This document shows positions 1 through 9,397 of a stretch of 64,000 nt of DNA, piece by piece (the stretch's first letter is position 1; each line of letters opens with the position of its first letter). Source of the stretch: an uncultured Actinomycetes bacterium (lineage in GTDB: Bacteria; Actinomycetota; Thermoleophilia; Gaiellales; JAICJC01); assembly GCA_963821535.1 (NCBI GenBank), contig CAWGEC010000014.1, positions 3,086 to 67,085 on the forward strand. Reading direction: 5' to 3'. The position numbers and the translations under genes are program-made. Under the pieces are notes generated by a model. That model saw only the letters and a list, made by a program, of their open reading frames with translations. It was not told where the DNA came from and made no database searches.

Positions 1-60
1 TCTGCTCGAAGCATCAGGAAAGGGGCGTCAAGTGGACAAACGGCAGCCAGCCTGGTGGAA

Positions 61-119
61 AATCACGCTCGAAAACCGCCATCATCTGCACTGATAGCCA
101 ATCACGCGTCGAAACCGGC
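61..119. repeat. Two direct copies of a ~20-nt motif (AATCACGCTCGAAAACCGCC at 61-80; AATCACGCGTCGAAACCGGC at 100-119)
   Basis: Read directly. About 18 positions are shared, allowing one 1-nt indel. The context is non-coding at the window edge. Confidence 0.5.
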
Positions 120-234
120 ATTGTTCGAGGTGCCCATTAGTCATGAACCACCCCCATTTTCCCCTCTTCCCCAATCATGGGTTGGGTCGCCCAAGTCTTC
201 CGGAGGCCCCAATCGCTGAAGTAACACGCAAACA

Positions 235-254
235 AGCCCCGCGTTGGCGGGGCT
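235..254 (-). terminator. Stem-loop AGCCCCGC-GTTG-GCGGGGCT, followed on the minus strand by TGTTTGCG
   Basis: Perfect 8-bp GC stem with a T-rich tail on the minus strand, downstream of the minus-strand pdxA/Rieske-like genes. Confidence 0.5.
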
Positions 255-347
255 GAATTCAGAGGAACCACCGAACGAGCACCGCCCATGCGGTACCGAT
301 GTAGACCATCCACTAGCGCCGCCCGTGCGCTCGCGATGTGATGGCGA

Positions 348-713
348 TCACAAAAATCCGCTTTTTTGCCGAGCGTTGCAGAAGATGCTCCGCCTGCATG
401 ACCCTCCTCTACCCGTCACTCGATTACCTCGTCGGCGCAAGCGAGCAAGGGTTGGCGGCACCGAAAGTTCAGCCGTGACGTTGCCTCGGAACGGCAGCCG
501 CGGACAACTTACTTTTTGATCTAGGCGGCTGGTCCCCTCTCGCGCGGTTGCACCCCGCACGCTTTTTCGGCGGGAGGACCCGCAAAGGGTGCAGTGATCG
601 TCGATCACGAAGAACTCGCCTTCAAGGTTGAAGACGGCCAGCGTCAGATCATCCTTCTCCACCTTCAACACAGCTCCAACTTCGACGTTACATAATTCGA
701 TCTTGGTCGCCAT
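348..713 (-). pseudogene. Rieske-type [2Fe-2S] ferredoxin-like ORF; only the first ~45 aa look genuine
   Basis: The N-terminus ...LAVFNLEGEFFVIDDHCT resembles dioxygenase/NirD-type Rieske ferredoxins. The expected CxH...CPxH continuation is absent in all frames. The start lies 3 nt after the pdxA-family stop. Confidence 0.35.
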
Positions 714-716
714 CGA

Positions 717-1757
717 CTATCCCTCATTCGATTTCGCAACGCCGTCCGATGACGCCGGCTGCAATCCCAGGTGCCGCTTCGCTTTCGACAGCCGCATCAC
801 CGCCTCGATCATGGCACTGGGACTGGCGACGCCCTTGCCGGCGATGTCATGGGCGCTGCCGTGCGCGACCGAGGCGAACAGGATCGGCGTGCCGATCGTC
901 AGGGCCGCGGCGGCGTCCTGGCCCAAGAGCTTGGCGACGATGTGTCCCTGGTCGTGCAGCATGACCACGAAGGCGTCGATGCCCGGCATGCGAAACATGG
1001 TATCGGCGCCGAACGGGCCCGCGACCCGGATGCCTTGCGCGGCGGCGGCATCGATCGCCGGCTTGATGATCTCGATCTCTTCGCGGCCGAACAGGCCGCC
1101 TTCGCCGGCGTGCGGATTGAGGCCGCCGACGGCGATCGTCGGTGCCGCCGTGCCCAGCCGCTTGAGCGCACGATCGGCGGCCTGGATCACGCCGACGACC
1201 TTGTCGCGCGTGATCAGGGCGATCGCGTCCCTGACGCTTTGATGCAGCGTGGCATGAACGATCTTCATGCCGTCGAAGCAGAGCATCAGATAGACGTTGT
1301 TCTCGTCGCTGCCGGTCGCGCGCGCGACGAACGACGGATAGCCGTCGAAGCTGATGCCGGCGAGCGCAATCGAGGTCTCGTTCTGCGGCGCGGCCACCAC
1401 GGCGTCGACCTCGCCGGCGAGCGCGGCCGCGATCGCCGCGCGGGCGAAGGCGAGCGAGGCCTGCCCGCTCGCCGCGCTGGTGGTGCCGAAGGCGAGCGCG
1501 GCCGCTTGCGGCTGCGCGCAGGCGAGCACGTTCAGGCGATCGTCCGACCAATCCGCATCGCCCGCGCGCGCGATCACGCGGACCGTCGGCGCAAGGTCGC
1601 AGGCCTTCGCATGGCGCGCGAGCACGCCGGCATCGGCGACCACGATCGGGTCGCAGACCGCGCGCACCGCCGGATCGAGCGCGGCCTTGAGGCTGATCTC
1701 CGGCCCGATGCCGGCGGGATCGCCGACGGCGATGGCGATCTTGGTCTTGTCGTTCAT
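717..1757 (-). CDS. pdxA: PdxA-family 4-hydroxythreonine-4-phosphate dehydrogenase-like NAD-dependent dehydrogenase
   Basis: 346-aa ORF with IAIAVGDPAGIGPEI, GGLNPHAGEGG and SVAHGSAHDIAGKG motifs typical of PdxA/PdxA2. Confidence 0.85.
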   Translation of the reverse strand: MNDKTKIAIAVGDPAGIGPEISLKAALDPAVRAVCDPIVVADAGVLARHAKACDLAPTVRVIARAGDADWSDDRLNVLACAQPQAAALAFGTTSAASGQASLAFARAAIAAALAGEVDAVVAAPQNETSIALAGISFDGYPSFVARATGSDENNVYLMLCFDGMKIVHATLHQSVRDAIALITRDKVVGVIQAADRALKRLGTAAPTIAVGGLNPHAGEGGLFGREEIEIIKPAIDAAAAQGIRVAGPFGADTMFRMPGIDAFVVMLHDQGHIVAKLLGQDAAAALTIGTPILFASVAHGSAHDIAGKGVASPSAMIEAVMRLSKAKRHLGLQPASSDGVAKSNEG

Positions 1758-1797
1758 GCCCGCGCTCGTCTTGACGTGCGGCGAACGGGCGAGCCCG

Positions 1798-2223
1798 TTA
1801 TTGCCAGGGCATCAGCGAGGCGTGGATCACGTCCGGCACGCCCTGGCCGCCGACCGACCTGATGGCGAGATCCACGTCTTTCAGTCCGAACCGGTGGGTG
1901 GTCACCTTCTCCAGCGGGAAGCGGTGCGAAGCGAGCTGCGCCAAGGCGAGCTCGCAGGCCTTGAAGCTGTGGCCGCGCGCGCTCTTGATGGTGATGAACT
2001 TGACCGTGACCTTTTCCAGCGGGAAATTCGGAAACTCCTTCATCTCGCCCTGCACCACGATCGTGCCGCCCTTGCGCTTGAGCGCTTCGACCCCGAGCAG
2101 GATCGGGATGGTGCCCGCGCCCGCGGTGCAGTCGAGCGCGACGTCGACGCCCTTGCCGCCGGTGATCTCCATGATGCGGGCGAGCGGGTCCTCCTTCTCG
2201 ACATCGATGGTGAAATCGGCGCC
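1798..2223 (-). pseudogene. Zinc-type (MDR) alcohol dehydrogenase, C-terminal fragment lacking its 5' part
   Basis: [35 protein letters not shown]... is a typical MDR C-terminal half. Homology runs to 2223, where a stop and an unrelated gene follow. Confidence 0.75.
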
Positions 2224-2224
2224 G

Positions 2225-3088
2225 ATCCTCTACTCGTCGTGCTTCGACGCGAACGCCGGCCTCTTCGAGTCGCTGCTCTCGGCCGAGGACGCCGTCATCT
2301 CCGACGAGCTGAACCACGCCTCCGTGATCGACGGGATCCGGCTCTGCAAGGCGCAGCGGCTGCGGTACCGAAACGGCGACATGGACGACCTCGAGCGGTG
2401 CCTGACCGAGGCGGCGGGCGCCCGCCACCGGCTGATCGCGACCGACGGCGTGTTCTCGATGGACGGCTACCTGGCCGACCTGCGCGGCATCTGCGATCTG
2501 GCCGAGCGGCACGACGCGCTCGTCATGGTCGACGACTCGCACGCGGTCGGGTTCGTCGGCCCGCGCGGCCGCGGCACCCCCGAGCACTTCGGCGTGGTCG
2601 ACCACGTCGACGTCATCACGGGGACGCTCGGGAAGGCGATGGGCGGGGCGTCGGGCGGCTACGCCTCGGGCCGGCGCGAGATCGTCGAGATCCTGCGCCA
2701 GCGCTCGCGTCCCTACCTCTTCTCGAACAGCCTGGCGCCGCCGATCGTGGGCGCGGCGCTCGCGACCCTCGACCTGCTCGAGACGTCCGACGAGCTGCGC
2801 ACGCGCCTGCGCGAGAACACGGCCTGGTTCCGGGAGCGGATGTCGGGCGCCGGGTTCGACGTGCTCCCGGGCGAGCACCCGATCGTGCCGGTCATGTTCG
2901 GCGACGCGGTCGCCGCCGGGAGCTTCGCCCGCGGCCTGCTCGACCAGGGCGTCTACGCCGTCAGCTTCACGTACCCGGTGGTGCCGAAGGGCAAGGCCCG
3001 GATCCGCACGCAGATGTCGGCGGCGCACAGCCGCGCCGACCTCGAGGCCGCCGCTGCCGCGTTCGAGGCCGTCCGCGCCGCCGGCTGA
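2225..3088 (+). pseudogene. kbl: Glycine C-acetyltransferase (2-amino-3-ketobutyrate CoA ligase), 5'-truncated (about 110 N-terminal aa missing)
   Basis: [18 protein letters not shown]...[12 protein letters not shown]...DDSHAVGF...[10 protein letters not shown]...[10 protein letters not shown]...[19 protein letters not shown] is colinear with E. coli Kbl from about residue 110 to the end. No N-terminal part lies upstream. Confidence 0.85.
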
Positions 3089-3104
3089 CCGCTCGCGCAA
3101 TTCC

Positions 3105-3136
3105 GGGGTCAGGCACGCAATTGCGTGCCTGACCCC
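3105..3136 (+). terminator. Perfect 14-bp hairpin GGGGTCAGGCACGC-AATT-GCGTGCCTGACCCC downstream of kbl
   Basis: Read directly. It begins 17 nt after the kbl stop and has no U-tract, as is common in high-G+C genomes. Confidence 0.6.
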
Positions 3137-3241
3137 CTGATTGCAGCGGCTACGATCCTGGCAACGCGATGAGGCTCGCGTCCAACCGCCCTCCGGGCTG
3201 ATGGCCTCTACCCCCAGAGTCACGACCTTGGAGGTGGAGCG

Positions 3242-4372
3242 GTGGGCGATCTCGCACTGGCAGCCGTACTGGCGGCCACAATCCTGCTCGCGAGCACGAT
3301 CTCGATCGAGATCGGCCTTGCGGTCGCACTGATCGAGCTGGCGGCCGGCGTGGCCGTCGGGAACCTCTTCACGATCGCAATCCCCGACTGGCTGTCGTTC
3401 GTCGGCACGTTCGCCGGCATCGTGCTCACGTTCCTCGCCGGGGCCGAGGTGGACGTGCCCCAGCTCAGGCGCGAGTGGCGGGCCAGCCTCTCCATCGGCG
3501 CCGTGTCGTTCGCCGCACCGTTCGTCGTCGCGATGGCGACGGCCTACTGGGCCGCCGGGTGGACCAGGGAGCAGGCCGAGATCGGCGGGCTCGCCCTCTC
3601 GACCACGAGCCTCGCTGTGGTCTACGCGGTGCTGGTCGAGACGGGGCTCAACCGCTCGGTCACGGGCAAGCGGATCATGGCCGCGACGTTCGTGACCGAC
3701 ATCCTGACCGTACTCGGGCTGTCGGTCCTCTTCATCACGCCGAACGTGTGGATCGTCCCGTTCGGCATCGCGTCCGTCCTTGCGATCTGGGGCCTGCCGC
3801 GGATCGCGCCGTGGTTCTTCGGGCGATACGGCGACCGCATCATCGAGCCCGAGATCAAGCTCGTCTTCGCTGCGATGTTCGCGCTCATGTACCTCGGCGA
3901 GCGGGCAAACAGCCAGGCCGTCCTCCCCGTGTTCGTGCTCGGCCTCGCGATGAGCGAGCACTACCAGACGCACCGCCTCGAGCAGGAGCGGCTGCGCGTT
4001 GTCGCGTTCGCCTTTCTCACACCGTTCTTCTTCCTGAAGGGCGGGCTGAACGTGTCCCTGGGCGCGGTATGGGCCAACCTGGGGCTGCTCGCGCTCCTGG
4101 CGGCGGCGAAGATGCTGCCGAAGCTTGGAAGCGTCTATCCGCTGGCACGGCGCTACTGCTCACCCGACGCGACCTTCACGACGCTTCTGATGTCGACCGG
4201 GCTCACGTTCGGCACGATCACGTCGCTCTACGGACTCCAGGCCGGCATCATCGACCGCACGCAGTTCTCGCTCCTCCTGACCGTGGTCGTGCTGTCGGCG
4301 GTCGTGCCGACGGCGGTCGCGCAGCGGGCCTTTCAGCCGTCCTCGGCGGAGGCACGCCGGGCCGTGCGGTAG
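3242..4372 (+). CDS. Cation:proton antiporter (CPA/Kef-NhaP type) membrane protein
   Basis: 376-aa polytopic hydrophobic ORF with LIELAAGVAVGN, FLAGAEVD and FFFLKGGL motifs of the Na+/H+ exchanger family. GGAGGTGGAG lies upstream of the GTG start. Confidence 0.8.
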   Translation: MGDLALAAVLAATILLASTISIEIGLAVALIELAAGVAVGNLFTIAIPDWLSFVGTFAGIVLTFLAGAEVDVPQLRREWRASLSIGAVSFAAPFVVAMATAYWAAGWTREQAEIGGLALSTTSLAVVYAVLVETGLNRSVTGKRIMAATFVTDILTVLGLSVLFITPNVWIVPFGIASVLAIWGLPRIAPWFFGRYGDRIIEPEIKLVFAAMFALMYLGERANSQAVLPVFVLGLAMSEHYQTHRLEQERLRVVAFAFLTPFFFLKGGLNVSLGAVWANLGLLALLAAAKMLPKLGSVYPLARRYCSPDATFTTLLMSTGLTFGTITSLYGLQAGIIDRTQFSLLLTVVVLSAVVPTAVAQRAFQPSSAEARRAVR

Positions 4373-6120
4373 TACGCGTCCACCCAGGCCGGGCGGTCGA
4401 TGTCGAGGCCGGCGGCAGCGGCCAGGGTCGCCGCGAGCGCGCAGGCAGCCGGCAGCGTCGTCGCGAGCGCCAGGCGCGGATCGGCCTCGCCGCCGCCGGG
4501 GCAGCGAACGACCCGCGCACCCGTCTCGGCGCAGACCCGCTCGGCCTCCGGCTCGGACGGATCGCCCACCGGGAGGCTGACCGCGAGGTGCGAGCCGCCG
4601 AGCGCATACATCGCCGACGTCGCGCCCTCGCGCGCGTCGACCCCCTCGGCGGGCACGCCCGCCACCTCCTTCAGGAGGAGCGCCGCCTCGAGCGCGGCCG
4701 CCCACCCGGGGCCGGCCGAGAACGCGATCGCGGCCGCCGGCACCGGGGCGGGCCCGAGGCCCGGCGCCCACGCCTCGGCCGCCTCGACCGCCCGGGCGAG
4801 AGCGTCGGGAAGGCCCGCGAGCGCGCCGTCCAATGCGGCGTCATCCGAGATCCGCGCCCAGACGGCAAGCGCCGCCGCGAGTCCGCCGGCCAGGGCCTGG
4901 GTGTGGGTAACCGCGCGCTGGTGCAGCACCGGCTGGAGCGCGCGGGCGCCGGCGGCGCGCTCGATCGTCGACCCGGCGGTCGCCGTGACCGCGGCATACG
5001 GCAGCGGGACGGAGCCGGCCTCGACGGCCTCCACAAGGTCGCGGAACTCGCCCGACGACGAGATCGCGAGCAGGCGGTCGCCCGGCCGGAACCGAAACCA
5101 GCCGCCGGCAAGGAGCCCGCTCGGCACGGCGACCACCTCCGGCCCGCCGCCCTGGCCCGCCCCGGCGGCCAGCCACAGCGCGAGGGCGACGTAGTACGCG
5201 GCCCCGTTCCCGCTCGCCACGATCCGCCCGACGTCCGGGCCCGAGAGCAGCGCCGCCGTCTCGTCGAACCCGTCGGCCGCGTCGAGGGCGCCAGCAACCG
5301 ATGCCGGAAGCTCGCGCACATCCTCCCAGAGCCCCGTCTCGCGCCACATCAGCCGCGCGGCCTCGACCGCTGTGAGCGCCGCGCCGATCACGCCGCCCGA
5401 GTCGCCGAGCGCCGTCACGACGACCGGGAGGTCGCGCGTCGACTCGCACCACACCTCGGGCCGGAGCGCGGCCGCGATGCCGTCGACGAAGCCCGGGGAC
5501 GACCCGATGCCCCCGCCCACGACGACCGCCTCCGGGTCAAGCGCGTTCACGAGCACAGCCAGCACCCGCCCGACCGCGGCGGCGGCCTCGGCGCGGGCGG
5601 AGGGATCGTGTGCGCGGTCGCCGAGGATCGCGCCGCCGGCGACCTGCTCCACCGGCGGCGCCCCGAGGATGATCGCGTTCCCGTGCGCGCCGCGGTGCGG
5701 CCGGCCGCCCACGACCAGGCACGCGCTCGCCCCGGTCCCGACGCCGACGTGCAGGAACGACCCGAGCCCCGCGCCCGCCCCGAATCGGGCCTCGGCGAGC
5801 GCAGCGGCGCGGACGTCGGACTCCACCGTCACCGCGGCGGCGCCGAACGCCGCCGCGACGTCCAGCCCGCGCCAGTCGACGGTCTCGGCGCTCGTCACCC
5901 GGCCGTCGAGGTCGACCACCTCGCAGACCCCCACGCCGACCGGCACGTCGCCGGCCCCCAGACGCGCTGCCAGGGAGGCGCAATCGGCGAGCACGGCCTC
6001 GCCGCCGCGCTCGGGCCGGGTCGGCACGCGCTCCGAGCGGACGACCTCGCCGCCCGCCGTCTCGACCAGCCCCGCCGCGATCTTCGTGCCGCCCACGTCG
6101 ATCCCGAGCGCGAGCGTCAC
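4333..6120 (-). CDS. ROK-family sugar kinase-like domain fused in frame to a double-SIS sugar-phosphate isomerase/deaminase-like domain
   Basis: VTLALGIDVGGTKIAAGLV... (ASKHA/ROK) is followed without a stop by MWRETGLWEDVRELP...VASGNGAAYYVA...LLAISSSGE (SIS). The GTG start overlaps the upstream cupin stop (GTGA). Confidence 0.7.
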   Translation of the reverse strand: MTLALGIDVGGTKIAAGLVETAGGEVVRSERVPTRPERGGEAVLADCASLAARLGAGDVPVGVGVCEVVDLDGRVTSAETVDWRGLDVAAAFGAAAVTVESDVRAAALAEARFGAGAGLGSFLHVGVGTGASACLVVGGRPHRGAHGNAIILGAPPVEQVAGGAILGDRAHDPSARAEAAAAVGRVLAVLVNALDPEAVVVGGGIGSSPGFVDGIAAALRPEVWCESTRDLPVVVTALGDSGGVIGAALTAVEAARLMWRETGLWEDVRELPASVAGALDAADGFDETAALLSGPDVGRIVASGNGAAYYVALALWLAAGAGQGGGPEVVAVPSGLLAGGWFRFRPGDRLLAISSSGEFRDLVEAVEAGSVPLPYAAVTATAGSTIERAAGARALQPVLHQRAVTHTQALAGGLAAALAVWARISDDAALDGALAGLPDALARAVEAAEAWAPGLGPAPVPAAAIAFSAGPGWAAALEAALLLKEVAGVPAEGVDAREGATSAMYALGGSHLAVSLPVGDPSEPEAERVCAETGARVVRCPGGGEADPRLALATTLPAACALAATLAAAAGLDIDRPAWVDAYYRTARRASAEDG

Positions 6121-6956
6121 GGCAGGTAGGCCGGGGCGATCCCCGCGATCGCCTCGGTGACGCCCGAGCCGTGGTTTCGGTACTCGTGGCGGTCGCCGAT
6201 CGGCACGTAGCAGGCGTCGCCCGCCTCGAGCTCGAACACGTGCGCCTCCTCGCCGTGCCACGCCCGCACCCAGAGCGCGCCCGAGAGCACATACAGGAGC
6301 TCGTCGCCGCCGTGGGCGTGCACGGCGGCCGCTTCGCCGGGGTTCAGCTCGTGCGTGACCACCGTCAGGTGCTCGGTGCTCGCGACGATCCCGGTGAGGA
6401 CGCCGAGCTCGCGCCGCCAGACGACATCGGTCTGCCGGAGGACCCGCATCGTGCCCGCCGGCCGGTCGCCCGGCGTCGACCCGAGGGCGTCGTCGTCGGC
6501 ATACAGGGACTGCTCCAGGTACGGCCGCGTACGCGCGTAGGCACCCGAGGTGCCCGTCGAGGGGGGCGGCGCGAAGAATTCGAGCACCTCCAGCGGCTCG
6601 TCGCCGTGCGCGAACGCGTGGTGCCAGGTGCCCGGCCCGAAGAGGAGCCGCTCGCCCCGCTCGACCCGGTGCACCTCGCCGGTCTCGGGGTTGGCCGCAA
6701 CCATCGTCCCCGAGAGCACCTGGAGCACCTCGTCGGCGCCGAAGACGGTCCGGTACTCGCGCGAATGCCTGAACGACCCGCCCCGCGGCAGGCAGAACAC
6801 AAGGGCATGGATCCGGTCCGTGGAGGCGTAAATCCGGTCGGCGACCTCGCCCGACTCCGAATCCCCCCACACGTGGCGGGTGGCGGCCCCCGCGCGGATC
6901 GCGGTCGGCCGGTCGAATGACGGGCGCGGTGACGGCGAATAGCCCCCCGCGCTCAC
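6117..6956 (-). CDS. Bicupin domain protein
   Basis: Two cupin barrels (GTWHHAFAHGDEPLEVLEF; GEAAAVHAHGGDELLYVLSG...PIGDRHEYRN). The GTG start at 6956 is chosen as the first start not overlapping the divergent gene, so the start is uncertain. Confidence 0.7.
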   Translation of the reverse strand: MSAGGYSPSPRPSFDRPTAIRAGAATRHVWGDSESGEVADRIYASTDRIHALVFCLPRGGSFRHSREYRTVFGADEVLQVLSGTMVAANPETGEVHRVERGERLLFGPGTWHHAFAHGDEPLEVLEFFAPPPSTGTSGAYARTRPYLEQSLYADDDALGSTPGDRPAGTMRVLRQTDVVWRRELGVLTGIVASTEHLTVVTHELNPGEAAAVHAHGGDELLYVLSGALWVRAWHGEEAHVFELEAGDACYVPIGDRHEYRNHGSGVTEAIAGIAPAYLP

Positions 6957-7043
6957 GGCGGGCGATGGTACCAGAGGCCCCTGTACGCCCGCCCGGCGCT
7001 TGGTAGAGTCACCCCGCCGAGCCCAACCGACGGGGGGAGCAGC

Positions 7044-8447
7044 ATGAACCGGCACCTGGCGAGAAGGCACTTGGCGATCGCCGCGGCGATCGTGACCATG
7101 ACAGCGGCCGCAGGCTGCGGCGGCACGCCGGGCTCGTCGCCCGACTCGGGTGGCGCGACGCCTTCCGGCGCGGTGAAGACGACGGGCTTCGACAAGCTCG
7201 GCCCGGTCCACCTCCTGATCTGGTCGTACGACAACCAGGACCCCGGCCTCGAGCCCGTGCTCAAGGAGCTCTCCACGAACTTCGAGAAGCAGTACCCGAA
7301 CGTGAAGATCGACATGGTCTTCAAGGACTTCAACAGCCTCGTGAACGTCGTGCCGCGCGCGCTCCAATCGGGGTCAGGGCCGGACATCACCGAGGGGAAC
7401 CAGGGCTACCAGACCGACTCCCAGCTCGTGAAGGCCAAGCTGATCGTCCCGCTCGACCCGTACATCAAGGCGTACGGGTGGAACAAGTGGTACTCGCCGT
7501 CGACCTGGTCGATGTTCCGGTGGACGGACGACGGCAAGACGTTCGGGAAGGGCCCCACCTGGGGCGTCGCGCAGACCGGCCAGAACATCAACGTCTACGT
7601 CAACACGCAGAAGCTCCAGCAGCTCGGCTTCGATCCGTCGAACATGCCGACGACGTTCGACGACTTCAACAAGATGCTCGCCGACATCCGGGCGAAGCTC
7701 CCGAAGAACGAGCCCGTGATCGAGTTCGGCAACAACGAGGGCTACGGCACGATCCACATGTTCGGGGGCATCCAGGCGGCATTCTTCAGCGCCCAGGACG
7801 AGCGCAACTGGATCCAGCACGTCCCCGGCTCGAGCTGGGATACCCCCGACAACGTGAAGGCGCTCGCGGCGTACCAGGCGTGGGCCAAGAACGGCTACTT
7901 CAACAGCGACTACAACGCCCTGAAGTACGACCAGTCGGCGGCCGAGTTCGCCAAGGGCAACGGCGTCTTCTGGATGGGCGGTGACTGGGACGCGTCGATC
8001 ATCAAGGCCGGCCTGGGCTCGAACGCGGCGGTGATGAACATCCCGCCGGGGCCGAGCGGGACATGGTCCGGCGTCGGCGGGCTCTCCGGCCCGTGGCACA
8101 TCTCGTCCAAGACGAAGTACCCCGATCTGGCGGCGGCCTGGCTCAACTACATCATCGCCTCGCCGGAGGCCCAGAAGCTGATGTACGCGCAGCAGCAGAT
8201 CCCGTCACCGTCCGACGCGGCGGCGCCGCCGGCCGGCGATCCGTACCTGGGACAGGTGACGGACGCGTTCCGCCAGGTGGCCGACGACGACGGCCTCATG
8301 CTGTACACCGACTGGGCGTCGCCGACGATGTACGACACGCTGGCATCGAACTTCCAGGACCTGCTCGCCGGACGCATCTCGGCCCAGGACATGGCGAAGA
8401 ACGTTCAGGACGACTGGACGAAGTTCGACGAGACGCTGAAGCAGTAG
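7044..8447 (+). CDS. ABC sugar transporter extracellular solute-binding lipoprotein
   Basis: Lipobox signal MNRHLARRHLAIAAAIVTMTAAAGCGG; family-1 SBP-like sequence; followed by two permease genes. Confidence 0.85.
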   Translation: MNRHLARRHLAIAAAIVTMTAAAGCGGTPGSSPDSGGATPSGAVKTTGFDKLGPVHLLIWSYDNQDPGLEPVLKELSTNFEKQYPNVKIDMVFKDFNSLVNVVPRALQSGSGPDITEGNQGYQTDSQLVKAKLIVPLDPYIKAYGWNKWYSPSTWSMFRWTDDGKTFGKGPTWGVAQTGQNINVYVNTQKLQQLGFDPSNMPTTFDDFNKMLADIRAKLPKNEPVIEFGNNEGYGTIHMFGGIQAAFFSAQDERNWIQHVPGSSWDTPDNVKALAAYQAWAKNGYFNSDYNALKYDQSAAEFAKGNGVFWMGGDWDASIIKAGLGSNAAVMNIPPGPSGTWSGVGGLSGPWHISSKTKYPDLAAAWLNYIIASPEAQKLMYAQQQIPSPSDAAAPPAGDPYLGQVTDAFRQVADDDGLMLYTDWASPTMYDTLASNFQDLLAGRISAQDMAKNVQDDWTKFDETLKQ

Positions 8448-8454
8448 ACATCAC

Positions 8455-9397
8455 ATGACGGAGACGGCGGCTCAGGTCGGCTCGGAGACGGCCGCGCGGG
8501 ACCGCGCCCGCGCGCGCAAGCGGGCGCCCGGCGAGCCGCGCAACGTCGCCTGGCTCTACATCCTGCCCGGCCTGCTCTTCTACGGGCTCTTCACGCTTGG
8601 GCCACTGGCTGCACACGGTGGAGCTCTCGTTCTTCGACTGGGACGGGCTGACCGTCGGGCACTACATCGGCCTCGCCAACTACCGCGAGGCCTTCTCGGA
8701 TCCCCTCGTCCGCGATTCGTTCAAGCACTCCGCCGAGCTGATCGTCTTCTACGCGCTCCTGCCGGTCGCGCTGGGCCTGCTCCTGACCGCGCTTCTCACG
8801 CGACATCCGGTGCGCGGGTTCACGTTCTTCCGCACGGCCCTCTTCCTGCCGCAGATGATCGCGGGCGTGGTGGTGGCGCAGGCCTGGGTCTGGCTCTATG
8901 CCGACAACGGTCCGCTGAACGAGTTCCTGCGAGACGTCGGGCTCGGCTCGCTGGCCCGCCCGTGGCTGGGCGACTTCAGCTGGGCGCTGCCGGCGGTCGG
9001 CGGGATCGGGACGTGGGTGACCTACGGCCTCTGCATGGTGCTCTTCATCGCCGGCGCACAGAGCATCCCCCACAGCCTCTACGACGCCGCCCGGGTCGAC
9101 GGCGCGGGCGCCGTGCGCGAGTTCTTCGCCGTCACCCTGCCGGCGCTCAGAAACCAGGTCGTGGTCGCGTTCGTCCTCACGACCATCAACGCGCTGCGCA
9201 GCTTCGACATCATCTACAACGCGACGAGCGGCGGCCCGGGGACGACGACCTACGTGCCGTCGTTCTACATGTACCGGAACGCGTTCGTGTTCAACCGGGT
9301 CGGCTACGCCGCCGCGATCGCGGTGATCCTGACCGCGGCGATCTTCGCGCTGGCGGGGATCGTGCTCTACGTGAGCTCGCGCGGGGAGGAGCGGTGA
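8455..9397 (+). pseudogene. ABC sugar permease (MalF/UgpA type), one frameshift near 8590-8610
   Basis: The N-terminus NVAWLYILPGLLFYGLFTLGPL is in frame 1. The rest (ELSFFDWDG...DAARVDGAG EAA loop) is in the frame of ORF 8597..9397. Total length is 3n+1. Confidence 0.8.
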
